Below, one piece after another: positions 8,058 to 15,818 of a DNA stretch of 24,394 nt. The DNA comes from a virus (lineage: Duplodnaviria; Caudoviricetes). The stretch spans positions 1-24,394 of IMG/VR virus record IMGVR_UViG_3300033150_000594. One strand, given 5' to 3'. The position numbers and the translations under genes are program-made. The number at the start of each line of letters is the position of its first letter. The stretch's first letter is position 1. Under the pieces are notes generated by a model. That model did not search any database and was not told where the DNA came from. It saw only the letters and a list, made by a program, of their open reading frames with translations.

Positions 8058-8288
8058 ATGTGGAATGAATTATATGCAATGCCAGAAGCAAAGGAGCGAT
8101 TAAAGAAACTCGCCAAAGGCAAATATTACCATCTGGCATATGAGGTTACCGAATATCATAAGGGCAAACTGGGAATTAGATGTAATATCTACCTTGAGGG
8201 TTACGGCTATTTCTCGGCAGGGAGCTGGAAAAAGGCCATTGCAAAGTTACAGGAATGGATGAAAAAGAAACCTCGTGATACAGTATAA
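8058..8288 (+). CDS. Hypothetical protein
   Basis: 76 aa; SD TAAGGA. Confidence 0.75.
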   Translation: MWNELYAMPEAKERLKKLAKGKYYHLAYEVTEYHKGKLGIRCNIYLEGYGYFSAGSWKKAIAKLQEWMKKKPRDTV

Positions 8289-8469
8289 CTACATAGATTT
8301 AATTTTATCGGAAGATGGTAAGAAAGTTGCTGTCCAGCCTATCGGAGACTGGGCAATAGAGCAAATTGTAAAGTTCCTAAAAATCCAAGAGGAACTTTAC
8401 CCTAACAGAAAATATAAAATAGAAAGGAGAAAAGATGTTACCAACAGAACGAACCAAAGCAAAAGATAA
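8275..8469 (+). CDS. Hypothetical protein
   Basis: 64 aa; GTG start; fills the gap before the ATPase. Confidence 0.6.
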   Translation: MIQYNYIDLILSEDGKKVAVQPIGDWAIEQIVKFLKIQEELYPNRKYKIERRKDVTNRTNQSKR

Positions 8470-9190
8470 TTTGTTGGACTATACTATTTGCATTCATGGC
8501 TTTCCAAAAATTGGGAAGAGTACGTTGGCAAATGAAGCTGGTAAAATTCTATTCGCAGATACTGAAGGTGGTCTTTCTGCACTCTCAGTTTACAAAGAAC
8601 CTGTATTAAGTTGGAATAATGGACAAGGGAGCTTTTTGCAATTATGTAAAGATTTTACTGAAGAAAAACATGAATATACAGCAATGTGTATAGATACAAT
8701 AGATACTCTTCATAAATTATGTTCCAATTATGTTCTTGGAAAACAGAATGTAATTCATGCATCTGATTTAGAATGGGGAAAAGGTTGGCAAATGGTAAAA
8801 GATGAATTTATGCGACCATTAAATAAACTTGCTGTATCACCATTTGGGCTAATTTTAATTTCTCATAGTAGAATGGTAGAAATACAAACAAGAATTTCTA
8901 AAGTAACTAAAGCTACGCCTACATTACAAGCTAATATTTGGCATACTGTAGAAGCATTTGTTGATATTATTATGTATTTTCATTCAGAGGAAACATCCGA
9001 CGGAGAAAAAAGATTTTTAAGAACGAAACCTTCAGAAAAATGGATCGCAGGAGATAGGACTAAAAGATTACTTTATGCTGATCCTATAGAAATAGGAGAA
9101 GGAAATAATTGGGAAAAAATAGAGGAAGCATTCAACAAATCAAAAATCGCAGAGAAAAAACAAGGTGTATTATTAGGGGCAAAGGAATAA
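8435..9190 (+). CDS. Phage P-loop NTPase, AAA_24/Sak4-like single-strand annealing protein
   Basis: IHGFPKIGKST Walker A, ADTEGG, CIDTID Walker B, LILISH; adjacent to SSB. Confidence 0.85.
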   Translation: MLPTERTKAKDNLLDYTICIHGFPKIGKSTLANEAGKILFADTEGGLSALSVYKEPVLSWNNGQGSFLQLCKDFTEEKHEYTAMCIDTIDTLHKLCSNYVLGKQNVIHASDLEWGKGWQMVKDEFMRPLNKLAVSPFGLILISHSRMVEIQTRISKVTKATPTLQANIWHTVEAFVDIIMYFHSEETSDGEKRFLRTKPSEKWIAGDRTKRLLYADPIEIGEGNNWEKIEEAFNKSKIAEKKQGVLLGAKE

Positions 9191-9224
9191 AAAAATATAA
9201 CTATTAAGAAAGGAGAAAAATAAG

Positions 9225-9443
9225 ATGAAAGAGATATATTGCCAACATAAATGGAGTCCACCATTACATTGGTGTAATATAGGATGTGGTTTTTTAGATT
9301 TAGTTCTATCAAAAGAAAGAAACAGAAAAAGACTTAGAAATAAATGGTTTAGGAGATGTGAATACTGCGGAACAGTAATAAAATTAGAATATCCAGAAGA
9401 TACTTTTGTAGAACCTAAAGTTGTTATAGGTCATTCTTCATAG
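9225..9443 (+). CDS. Small Cys/His hypothetical protein
   Basis: 72 aa; CQHKW...CEYCG; SD AAAGGAG. Confidence 0.7.
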   Translation: MKEIYCQHKWSPPLHWCNIGCGFLDLVLSKERNRKRLRNKWFRRCEYCGTVIKLEYPEDTFVEPKVVIGHSS

Positions 9444-9510
9444 GTGGGTTTAAAACCTAACATGCGTTTAATTTGGAAAGTTTTAAAAAAAAATTAAAAG
9501 GAGAAAAACA

Positions 9511-9996
9511 ATGATGTTAAATGATGAAGAAAAAAATGAAATGTTAAAGGAATTGAGCGAAGTGCATAATCCAGCAGAAGTAATTGATCCACTTTCTCTT
9601 CCAGATGATACTTATCAAGCAAAACTGGAGAAAATATTTTTCGATAAAGTCAAAAATGGAAAAATTAAACTTGTTATAGAGTTTACCATATCAAGTGGAA
9701 CTTACTTAAACAGAACCGTAAGAAAATGGTGTAATTTAGAAACTGAACAAAATTTAGATTTTCTTGCTATGGATTTAAAGAGGTTAGGAGTGCCCGCAGA
9801 TTTTAGGTGGGCAGATGTAGAAAGTTATTTTTCATCTTTATTAGACCAGCAATGTATTATAGAACTGGCGACAAAAAATGGCTTCCAAAACGTATACATA
9901 GTAAAGCGCATTGAGCCAGAAACATCAAGCCAAGTTGAAAAAAAGTCTATATTCGCTCCATCGAAATCGACAGATGATGATGATATTCCTTTTTAA
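9511..9996 (+). CDS. ssb: Single-stranded DNA-binding protein (DUF669-like OB fold)
   Basis: LPDDTYQAKL start, beta-rich core, acidic tail TDDDDIPF; between Sak4-like ATPase and primase. Confidence 0.82.
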   Translation: MMLNDEEKNEMLKELSEVHNPAEVIDPLSLPDDTYQAKLEKIFFDKVKNGKIKLVIEFTISSGTYLNRTVRKWCNLETEQNLDFLAMDLKRLGVPADFRWADVESYFSSLLDQQCIIELATKNGFQNVYIVKRIEPETSSQVEKKSIFAPSKSTDDDDIPF

Positions 9997-10021
9997 TTTC
10001 AATGAAAGTGAAAATAACTAA

Positions 10022-12796
10022 GTGCAATATTTATCTTTCTACCAGAAATATTTTCCTAATCTCACAGGAAATACACGCAAGATTAATGTTCTCTGTCCTT
10101 TCCATGAAGATAAAAAACCAAGTCTTTCCCTGGATTTAGAAAGTGGGCTTTGGTATTGTCATTCATGCCAGAGGGGTGGAGATCATTTCTTGTTCTACAT
10201 GAAGTATCATAATTGCTCTTTTACTAAAGCTAAAAATGATATTGTAGGTAATGCTGAATTTCATGTTTTAACAGATACAGAAGTAGAAGATGCTCATCAA
10301 AAATTATTAGATGCTGAAAATATACAAAAACTTCTGCTTTTAAAGAGAGGGTGGAATCTTGAGACAATTAAAAAATATGAATTGGGATGGAGTGAAGAAA
10401 GAGTGCTTATCCCTATTCGAGACGCAAATGGAAAACTTCTTAACATCAGAAAGTACGATGTTTTCCATAGAACTAAACAAAAATTCACTGGGATTAAAGG
10501 CTACAATCAGATCAGACTTTGGCCGCAGGAAGCTCTCAAAGAAAGTACAGTTGTTATATGTGCTGGAGAACCAGATGCAATTCTCGCCAGACAACATGGA
10601 ATAAATGCTATTACCTTTACTGGCGGGGAAGGAGCTTTCAGACAAGAATTATTACCAGCATTCCAAGATAAAAAAGTTTATATTGTTTATGATATTGATA
10701 AAGCGGGAAAAACATCCGCTAAGTTATTAGCAAATAAATTAGTAGAATATGCTTCAGAGGTTTATATTATTTCTCTGCCAGAAGAAGGGCTTCCTGAAAA
10801 TGGAGATTTTACAGATTTAATTTTTTATTGTGCTGAAAATCAAAAGAATTTAGTTGATGTTTGGAATCCATGTGTTGAACATGCAAAAAAGATAGAGAAA
10901 CCATTAAATTTAGAGGATTTAGAATATCAAGAGGTTTCATTTTACGAGGCTGTATGCGAGGATTTTTACAATAAATATATACAGTTTAAAGCAATTGCTG
11001 TTGGAAAAAATCTTTCTCCTTATTTTGCTCCAATAAAATTTAAAGTAAAATGCAATTTTACCAAAGGGGATAAATGCAAGAGTTGTATATTATTTGCCAC
11101 TGGGGGGCAACATGAAATTAGAATATCAGAAGCTCAAGCATTAGAATTAATCAAATGTTCTTCTACCGAACAAAAAACCAAGATTAAGAATTTAATTGGC
11201 ATTCATGGTTGCAATCAATTTGAAGTTGAAGTTGAAACTCAAACGATTGAAGAAGTATTTATTTCACCTGTAATAGATTCAGAAAGAATTGATCAGCAAT
11301 TTATATTGAGAAAAGTATACACTAAAGGACATAATCTACAATTAAATAAAACGTATAACTTCTTCGGAAAAACCATCAATGACCCTAAGACACAAGAAGC
11401 AACGCATTTATTTACTAAGCAGCAACCAGAAATATCTGATTTAGAAACTTTTAAATTATCTAAAGTAGATATAGATAATTTACAAATTTTCAAGCCCACT
11501 AAAAATACTGTTGAAGGAGTTGAAAAAAAAGTTCAGGAGATTTGCAGAGATTTAACATACAATGTGCCAGAAGTTATTGTGGGCAGAGAAAATCTTATTT
11601 TTGCATATGATTTGGTTTTTCATAGCGTGCTTGCATTTAAATTTGCTAATAGCAAAGTTCATAAGGGTTTAGCAGAAGCTCTTGTTCTTGGGGACACAAG
11701 GACAGGAAAAACAAAAACAGCAACTAAGTTATGTCAGCACTACAAAGCAGGTGAATATATTACTTTGGAAACAGCCACCATTCCAGGCTTAATTGGTGGT
11801 ATGTCTCAGATAGGCAGAGATGTAACATTTTCATGGGGTGTTTTACCAATAAACGATGGAAGGATGGTAATATTAGATGAAGTTAATGGACTTGATTTAC
11901 GAAACATCAGCAATTTATCGGCGATTCGAGATACTGGAATTGCAGAGAGAACAGTTGTTGGCTCGACTCGCAAAACTTCGGCACGAGTACGACTCATCTG
12001 GATTTCTAATCCCAGAGCTACAGGAAAGCGAATTGAAAGTTATACCAGCGGTGTTGAAGCGATTAGAGAACTTATTGGGAAAGCAGAAGATATCGCCCGA
12101 TTCGATTTTGCCATTATTGCAGCTAAACAAGACGTTGATGCAGAAAAAATCAATGCTTATTACAGAGGAAAAGTAGAACATTTATTTACTTCTGAATTAT
12201 GCAATAAAATACTGATGTGGGCATGGAGCAGGAAAGAAAGACATATTCACTTTAAACCAGAAACAGAGAAACTGATATTAAAATATGCTGTTGAAATGAG
12301 TGAGAAATATACAGATGTTATTCCATTAGTACAAGGCAGTATTCAAAGAATTAAACTTGCAAAGTTATCAGTGGCTTTAGCGTGCAGATTATTTTCTACA
12401 GATGATGGAAAGAATGTCATAGTTAAACCAGAGCATGCAGAATATATATATCTATATCTAAATCAAATATATGATAGTCCATATTTTGGTTATGGAGACT
12501 ATAGTGTCTTTAAAAAAGAGGAGGATCAAGTTTCTCATTTAGACGAAATCAAAAAACTTATACTAAGTTTACAAGAGCCAGACCAATTTATTAATAGGAT
12601 GTTAAATGCTAATTCTATTCTATTTGATGACCTTATGGACTTTGCAGATATAAGTAGAGATCAAGCTAAAGTATTAAGACAAAGTTTAGTTGCAAATAAT
12701 TGTTTAAGGCGTTATAAATCTTATTATCTTAAAACGCCTGACTTTGTGAGTTTCCTGAAAAAGTTAATGGCAGAAAGAAAAGGAGTGCCGTTTTGA
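10022..12796 (+). CDS. DNA primase (CHC2 Zn finger + TOPRIM) fused to MCM-family AAA+ helicase
   Basis: CPFHEDKKPS...CHSC; TOPRIM CAGEPDA, YDID, NGDFTD; MCM-like LVLGDTRTGKT, PGLIGG, GVLPINDG..ILDE, ARVRLIWISNP, IARFDF. Confidence 0.88.
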   Translation: MQYLSFYQKYFPNLTGNTRKINVLCPFHEDKKPSLSLDLESGLWYCHSCQRGGDHFLFYMKYHNCSFTKAKNDIVGNAEFHVLTDTEVEDAHQKLLDAENIQKLLLLKRGWNLETIKKYELGWSEERVLIPIRDANGKLLNIRKYDVFHRTKQKFTGIKGYNQIRLWPQEALKESTVVICAGEPDAILARQHGINAITFTGGEGAFRQELLPAFQDKKVYIVYDIDKAGKTSAKLLANKLVEYASEVYIISLPEEGLPENGDFTDLIFYCAENQKNLVDVWNPCVEHAKKIEKPLNLEDLEYQEVSFYEAVCEDFYNKYIQFKAIAVGKNLSPYFAPIKFKVKCNFTKGDKCKSCILFATGGQHEIRISEAQALELIKCSSTEQKTKIKNLIGIHGCNQFEVEVETQTIEEVFISPVIDSERIDQQFILRKVYTKGHNLQLNKTYNFFGKTINDPKTQEATHLFTKQQPEISDLETFKLSKVDIDNLQIFKPTKNTVEGVEKKVQEICRDLTYNVPEVIVGRENLIFAYDLVFHSVLAFKFANSKVHKGLAEALVLGDTRTGKTKTATKLCQHYKAGEYITLETATIPGLIGGMSQIGRDVTFSWGVLPINDGRMVILDEVNGLDLRNISNLSAIRDTGIAERTVVGSTRKTSARVRLIWISNPRATGKRIESYTSGVEAIRELIGKAEDIARFDFAIIAAKQDVDAEKINAYYRGKVEHLFTSELCNKILMWAWSRKERHIHFKPETEKLILKYAVEMSEKYTDVIPLVQGSIQRIKLAKLSVALACRLFSTDDGKNVIVKPEHAEYIYLYLNQIYDSPYFGYGDYSVFKKEEDQVSHLDEIKKLILSLQEPDQFINRMLNANSILFDDLMDFADISRDQAKVLRQSLVANNCLRRYKSYYLKTPDFVSFLKKLMAERKGVPF

Positions 12797-12960
12797 AGAC
12801 AAAAAGACAATTACAAAATCAAATCCATGTTTTAGAATATCAGATACAAATACTTGAAAAACGTCTAAAAGAAAAACAGATTGTAATTGATATGATCAAA
12901 GATGAAGCAAAGAATAGTAAAATACTTGGATGGTTAATTAAGGGTAAGGAATCGGTTTAA
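12793..12960 (+). CDS. 55-aa coiled-coil protein (not in ORF track)
   Basis: TTG start overlapping the primase stop, SD AAAGGAG, stop overlapping the MTase ATG; LQNQIHVLEYQIQILEKRL heptads. Confidence 0.7.
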   Translation: MKTKRQLQNQIHVLEYQIQILEKRLKEKQIVIDMIKDEAKNSKILGWLIKGKESV

Positions 12961-13760
12961 TGAATTCTTTTATTCCATATATGGGTGGAAAAGCAAAACT
13001 TGCACCTTTCATCATCTCATTATTTCCGAAGCATAGATGTTATACTGAAGTATTTGGGGGAGCAGCTTGGATATTATTTAAAAAGAAATTATCTGATTGT
13101 GAAGTGTATAATGATATAAATGCTGATTTGGTTAATTTATTCCTACAACTTAAAGATAATTGCGCAGAATTGCAAAAGAAAGCATACTGGCTTCCATACA
13201 GCAGAAAATTATTTGAAATGTATTCAAAGAGTTTCCAAGATGAAAAAATATCGGATTTAGAAAAAGCAGTCAGATTTCTCTACATAAATAGAACATGCTT
13301 TTCTGGACAGTATCAGGCAGGATTTTCTGCCGGGCCAGGAAGCTACCCAAATTGGAGAACTACATTCATAACGAAAGATTTAGAGAGAGTACGAGAAAGA
13401 CTTGATAATGTCATTATTGAGAATTTGGATTTTGAAGAATGTATAAAAAAATATGATAGAGAAACAACATTATTTTATCTTGATCCTCCGTATTTTGCCG
13501 CCGATGCTACTAAGTATTATAAGTTTGTATTTACAAAGGGAAGTCATATTAGATTACAGCAGTGTTTGTCTGATATTAAAGGTAAATTTATTTTGTCTTA
13601 TGAAAATATTCCGGAAGTGAAAGAATTGTATAAGGGATTTAATATAATAGAAACTCCAAAGATTGCCAAAGTTTCTTCTTTAAAAAAGGAAAAAGATGTA
13701 GTTACTGAACTGTGTATTACTAATTTTGAATTAGAAAATTCTCAGTTAGGTTTGTTTTAA
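12960..13760 (+). CDS. DNA adenine N6-methyltransferase (D12/Dam-like class)
   Basis: PYMGGK, EVFGGA, YNDIN, catalytic YLDPPY; target sequence unknown. Confidence 0.93.
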   Translation: MNSFIPYMGGKAKLAPFIISLFPKHRCYTEVFGGAAWILFKKKLSDCEVYNDINADLVNLFLQLKDNCAELQKKAYWLPYSRKLFEMYSKSFQDEKISDLEKAVRFLYINRTCFSGQYQAGFSAGPGSYPNWRTTFITKDLERVRERLDNVIIENLDFEECIKKYDRETTLFYLDPPYFAADATKYYKFVFTKGSHIRLQQCLSDIKGKFILSYENIPEVKELYKGFNIIETPKIAKVSSLKKEKDVVTELCITNFELENSQLGLF

Positions 13761-13773
13761 AAAGGAGAGTAAG

Positions 13774-14178
13774 ATGGTGTTTGAAAGAAAACGTAAATAT
13801 CCGAAAAAAGAAACTCCATTCCTTAAAGCATTTATGAAAGAATTTGATAAACAGTGCTACGGGAAATATGGAGTTTGGTGGGTAAAGATACATGGTGAGT
13901 CAATGATGGTGAGAGGAATTCCAGATGTTGTAATGTGTTTTAGAGGAAAGTTTGTAGGATTGGAATTTAAAATAATGAGGGCAGGAGTACTAAACGTGAC
14001 GCCATATCAAGAGGATACTCTTAATAGAATATTCAAAGCAGGTGGGGCTACATATATAATTTGGTGGAATGAAAGAAATGCAAACGTAGGAGTGCAGATG
14101 AAACCATTCTCTGGTATGGACGCTATAAAAAGGGCTGTCGAATATTTAATTCGGCAATTAAACTTAAACGGAAAATGA
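13774..14178 (+). CDS. VRR-NUC / Holliday junction resolvase-like nuclease
   Basis: GIPD...FVGLEFK...TPYQ...AGG pattern; SD AAGGAG. Confidence 0.85.
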   Translation: MVFERKRKYPKKETPFLKAFMKEFDKQCYGKYGVWWVKIHGESMMVRGIPDVVMCFRGKFVGLEFKIMRAGVLNVTPYQEDTLNRIFKAGGATYIIWWNERNANVGVQMKPFSGMDAIKRAVEYLIRQLNLNGK

Positions 14179-14213
14179 AAGAGCAAAGGTTAAATATTTG
14201 AAAGGAGGCTATT

Positions 14214-14399
14214 ATGACAGAAAAAGAAAGATTTGAAAAGTGGGCTATATCGAAAGAACTTGATATTGAGCCATATTCCTCTAACCCAAAATTTCAGAAG
14301 GATTTTTCTTACGAGGATATTCAAACTCAGATGTTTTGGGAGTGTTGGAAAGCTGCTTGCGAACCAATCATTTACGCAGACGGTAAAAAGGCAACTTAA
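14214..14399 (+). CDS. Hypothetical protein
   Basis: 61 aa; SD AAAGGAGG; ERFEKWA...WECWKAA. Confidence 0.8.
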   Translation: MTEKERFEKWAISKELDIEPYSSNPKFQKDFSYEDIQTQMFWECWKAACEPIIYADGKKAT

Positions 14400-14427
14400 C
14401 ATATCATTACCTGAAAGGAGGCTTACA

Positions 14428-14643
14428 ATGTTTGATAAATTCTGTAAACGGTTTCTACCCAGATACATTCGTTTTTGGCCGACAAAATATTGGTTGGCCA
14501 TCTGGTCTGCGCCAGTTAGATATGCTGATCGCCCTGGACTGCCAGTCAGACATGATACCGCATGGGAGGCGTTACGGATAACGGTTAGATACGGAGAACG
14601 TCCTCATCGGTTAATCTATACGATTAAGCAAGGCGTGGTGTAA
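14428..14643 (+). CDS. Basic hypothetical protein (start revised from 14233)
   Basis: SD AAAGGAGG then ATG 14428 (MFDKFCKR), 71 aa. Confidence 0.7.
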   Translation: MFDKFCKRFLPRYIRFWPTKYWLAIWSAPVRYADRPGLPVRHDTAWEALRITVRYGERPHRLIYTIKQGVV

Positions 14644-14716
14644 TATAATCAATCACTTGACTGGGAGGGTAAAAAGCGGAGCAAACCAGCTTAACGGTTA
14701 TATATAGGAGGCTTAA

Positions 14717-14902
14717 ATGCAAATATATATACTAATGTTTCACAATAGAGTTGAAAGAGCATCGGCAAATGCTTCAAAAATGTATGAACTGGCAAGAAAA
14801 ATGAATGGTGAAGATAACCCTTTTGGTTCGTACAATGTTATATCTGCCGAGCTCGAAGATGTCTCCCATTCTATAGAAGATGAGAAATATGCAATAAATT
14901 AA
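14717..14902 (+). CDS. Hypothetical protein
   Basis: 61 aa; SD AGGAGG. Confidence 0.78.
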   Translation: MQIYILMFHNRVERASANASKMYELARKMNGEDNPFGSYNVISAELEDVSHSIEDEKYAIN

Positions 14903-14917
14903 CAGAAAGGAGCACCC

Positions 14918-15046
14918 ATGAAATATACTAATTTCTTAATCAATGCCTTACTACTTATTATTGCCATCATAGGTACGCCTATCGCTTTTCTTTGGTATGG
15001 CGTGAAAGGTACTATCCAGTGGTGGCGGGATTTTATGTGGAGATAG
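14918..15046 (+). CDS. 42-aa membrane protein (not in ORF track)
   Basis: SD AAAGGAG; MKYTNFLINALLLIIAIIGTPIAFLWYGVKGTIQWWRDFMWR. Confidence 0.72.
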   Translation: MKYTNFLINALLLIIAIIGTPIAFLWYGVKGTIQWWRDFMWR

Positions 15047-15052
15047 GAAAGT

Positions 15053-15229
15053 TTGGCTGTAAATCAGAATAACATCACCGAAATAGTCAGCTTAATCCTG
15101 AAAGAAGCCGAACAGAGAAAAAGTAAAGTCGGTCTTGTAGCCGATATATACGCTGTGTCTATGGAAGTGGATCGGCAGATAATTGAGGTGATGAATAAAT
15201 TAAAACAAGAGAAAAAGGATAAGAATTAA
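15053..15229 (+). CDS. 58-aa hypothetical protein (not in ORF track)
   Basis: TTG start after AGGAAAG; open to TAA abutting ATG 15230. Confidence 0.55.
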   Translation: MAVNQNNITEIVSLILKEAEQRKSKVGLVADIYAVSMEVDRQIIEVMNKLKQEKKDKN

Positions 15230-15448
15230 ATGCCAGTAATCATATGTCAGGGGTGGAGGCGAAAAACAAATTCTGCCTATATTGAATGCAACGTAGGTCA
15301 AGCCCAAAGTGATTGTAATTGCAATACTGCGGTTTTTGCTGATAGATGGAAAGCAGGTTATTCTGTAGAGTTAGACGCTTTTTCACGAGCCTTCGCTTTG
15401 AGCCTAATAACCGGCATGCCGACTGAAAGTTTTTTAAAGTCGAAGTAG
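15230..15448 (+). CDS. Cys-containing hypothetical protein
   Basis: 72 aa; AAGGA upstream. Confidence 0.55.
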   Translation: MPVIICQGWRRKTNSAYIECNVGQAQSDCNCNTAVFADRWKAGYSVELDAFSRAFALSLITGMPTESFLKSK

Positions 15449-15457
15449 AAAGGTTAT

Positions 15458-15637
15458 ATGGACAGCCAAGAAGAAAAAAAATTGATTATGATAGGGGCGA
15501 GATGGGAAGCTATTTGTGATATTTTAGACGGAAAAGACGTATCAGATTTTATGTTATCTTTTCCAGAAGTTAGACAAGTGGCTGAGTTATACAATCTTTC
15601 TCAAAAAGGAGTCCTCAAAGATGAGCATCCGCTATAG
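15458..15637 (+). CDS. 59-aa hypothetical protein (not in ORF track)
   Basis: ATG 15458 after GAAAGG; MDSQEEKKLIMIGARWEAICDILDGK...EHPL. Confidence 0.65.
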   Translation: MDSQEEKKLIMIGARWEAICDILDGKDVSDFMLSFPEVRQVAELYNLSQKGVLKDEHPL

Positions 15638-15669
15638 TAAAGAAAATTACCTAAATCATCTCAAATCAT

Positions 15670-15795
15670 AGGGTAGGGTAGACGATCTCAGGAAGATTAA
15701 GGTTATCCTAAGGGGATTTTTATTTACCTCTGAGAGGCTCAAATTTAGCCCAGGTTAGACGTTCTCTCAAATCCTTAATAGGTCTACCTTAGCTA
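15670..15795. other. Nested imperfect inverted repeats at the convergence of the two arms
   Basis: GGTAGAC 15677/GTCTACC 15782; ATTAAGG 15696/CCTTAAT 15773; TGAGAG 15731/CTCTCA 15764; central GGCTcAAATTTAGCC. Confidence 0.5.
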
Positions 15796-15818
15796 AGAGG
15801 GTTGAACCTATAAATAGT

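Noticed and set aside
12960-14178. MTase plus nuclease as a restriction-modification pair
   Set aside because: The nuclease is a small VRR-NUC/resolvase type typical of phage replication modules, not a cognate REase.
14394-14700. Integron attC-like RYYYAAC/GTTRRRY boxes
   Set aside because: No paired internal boxes, the GTT sites lie inside an ORF, and no integrase is present.
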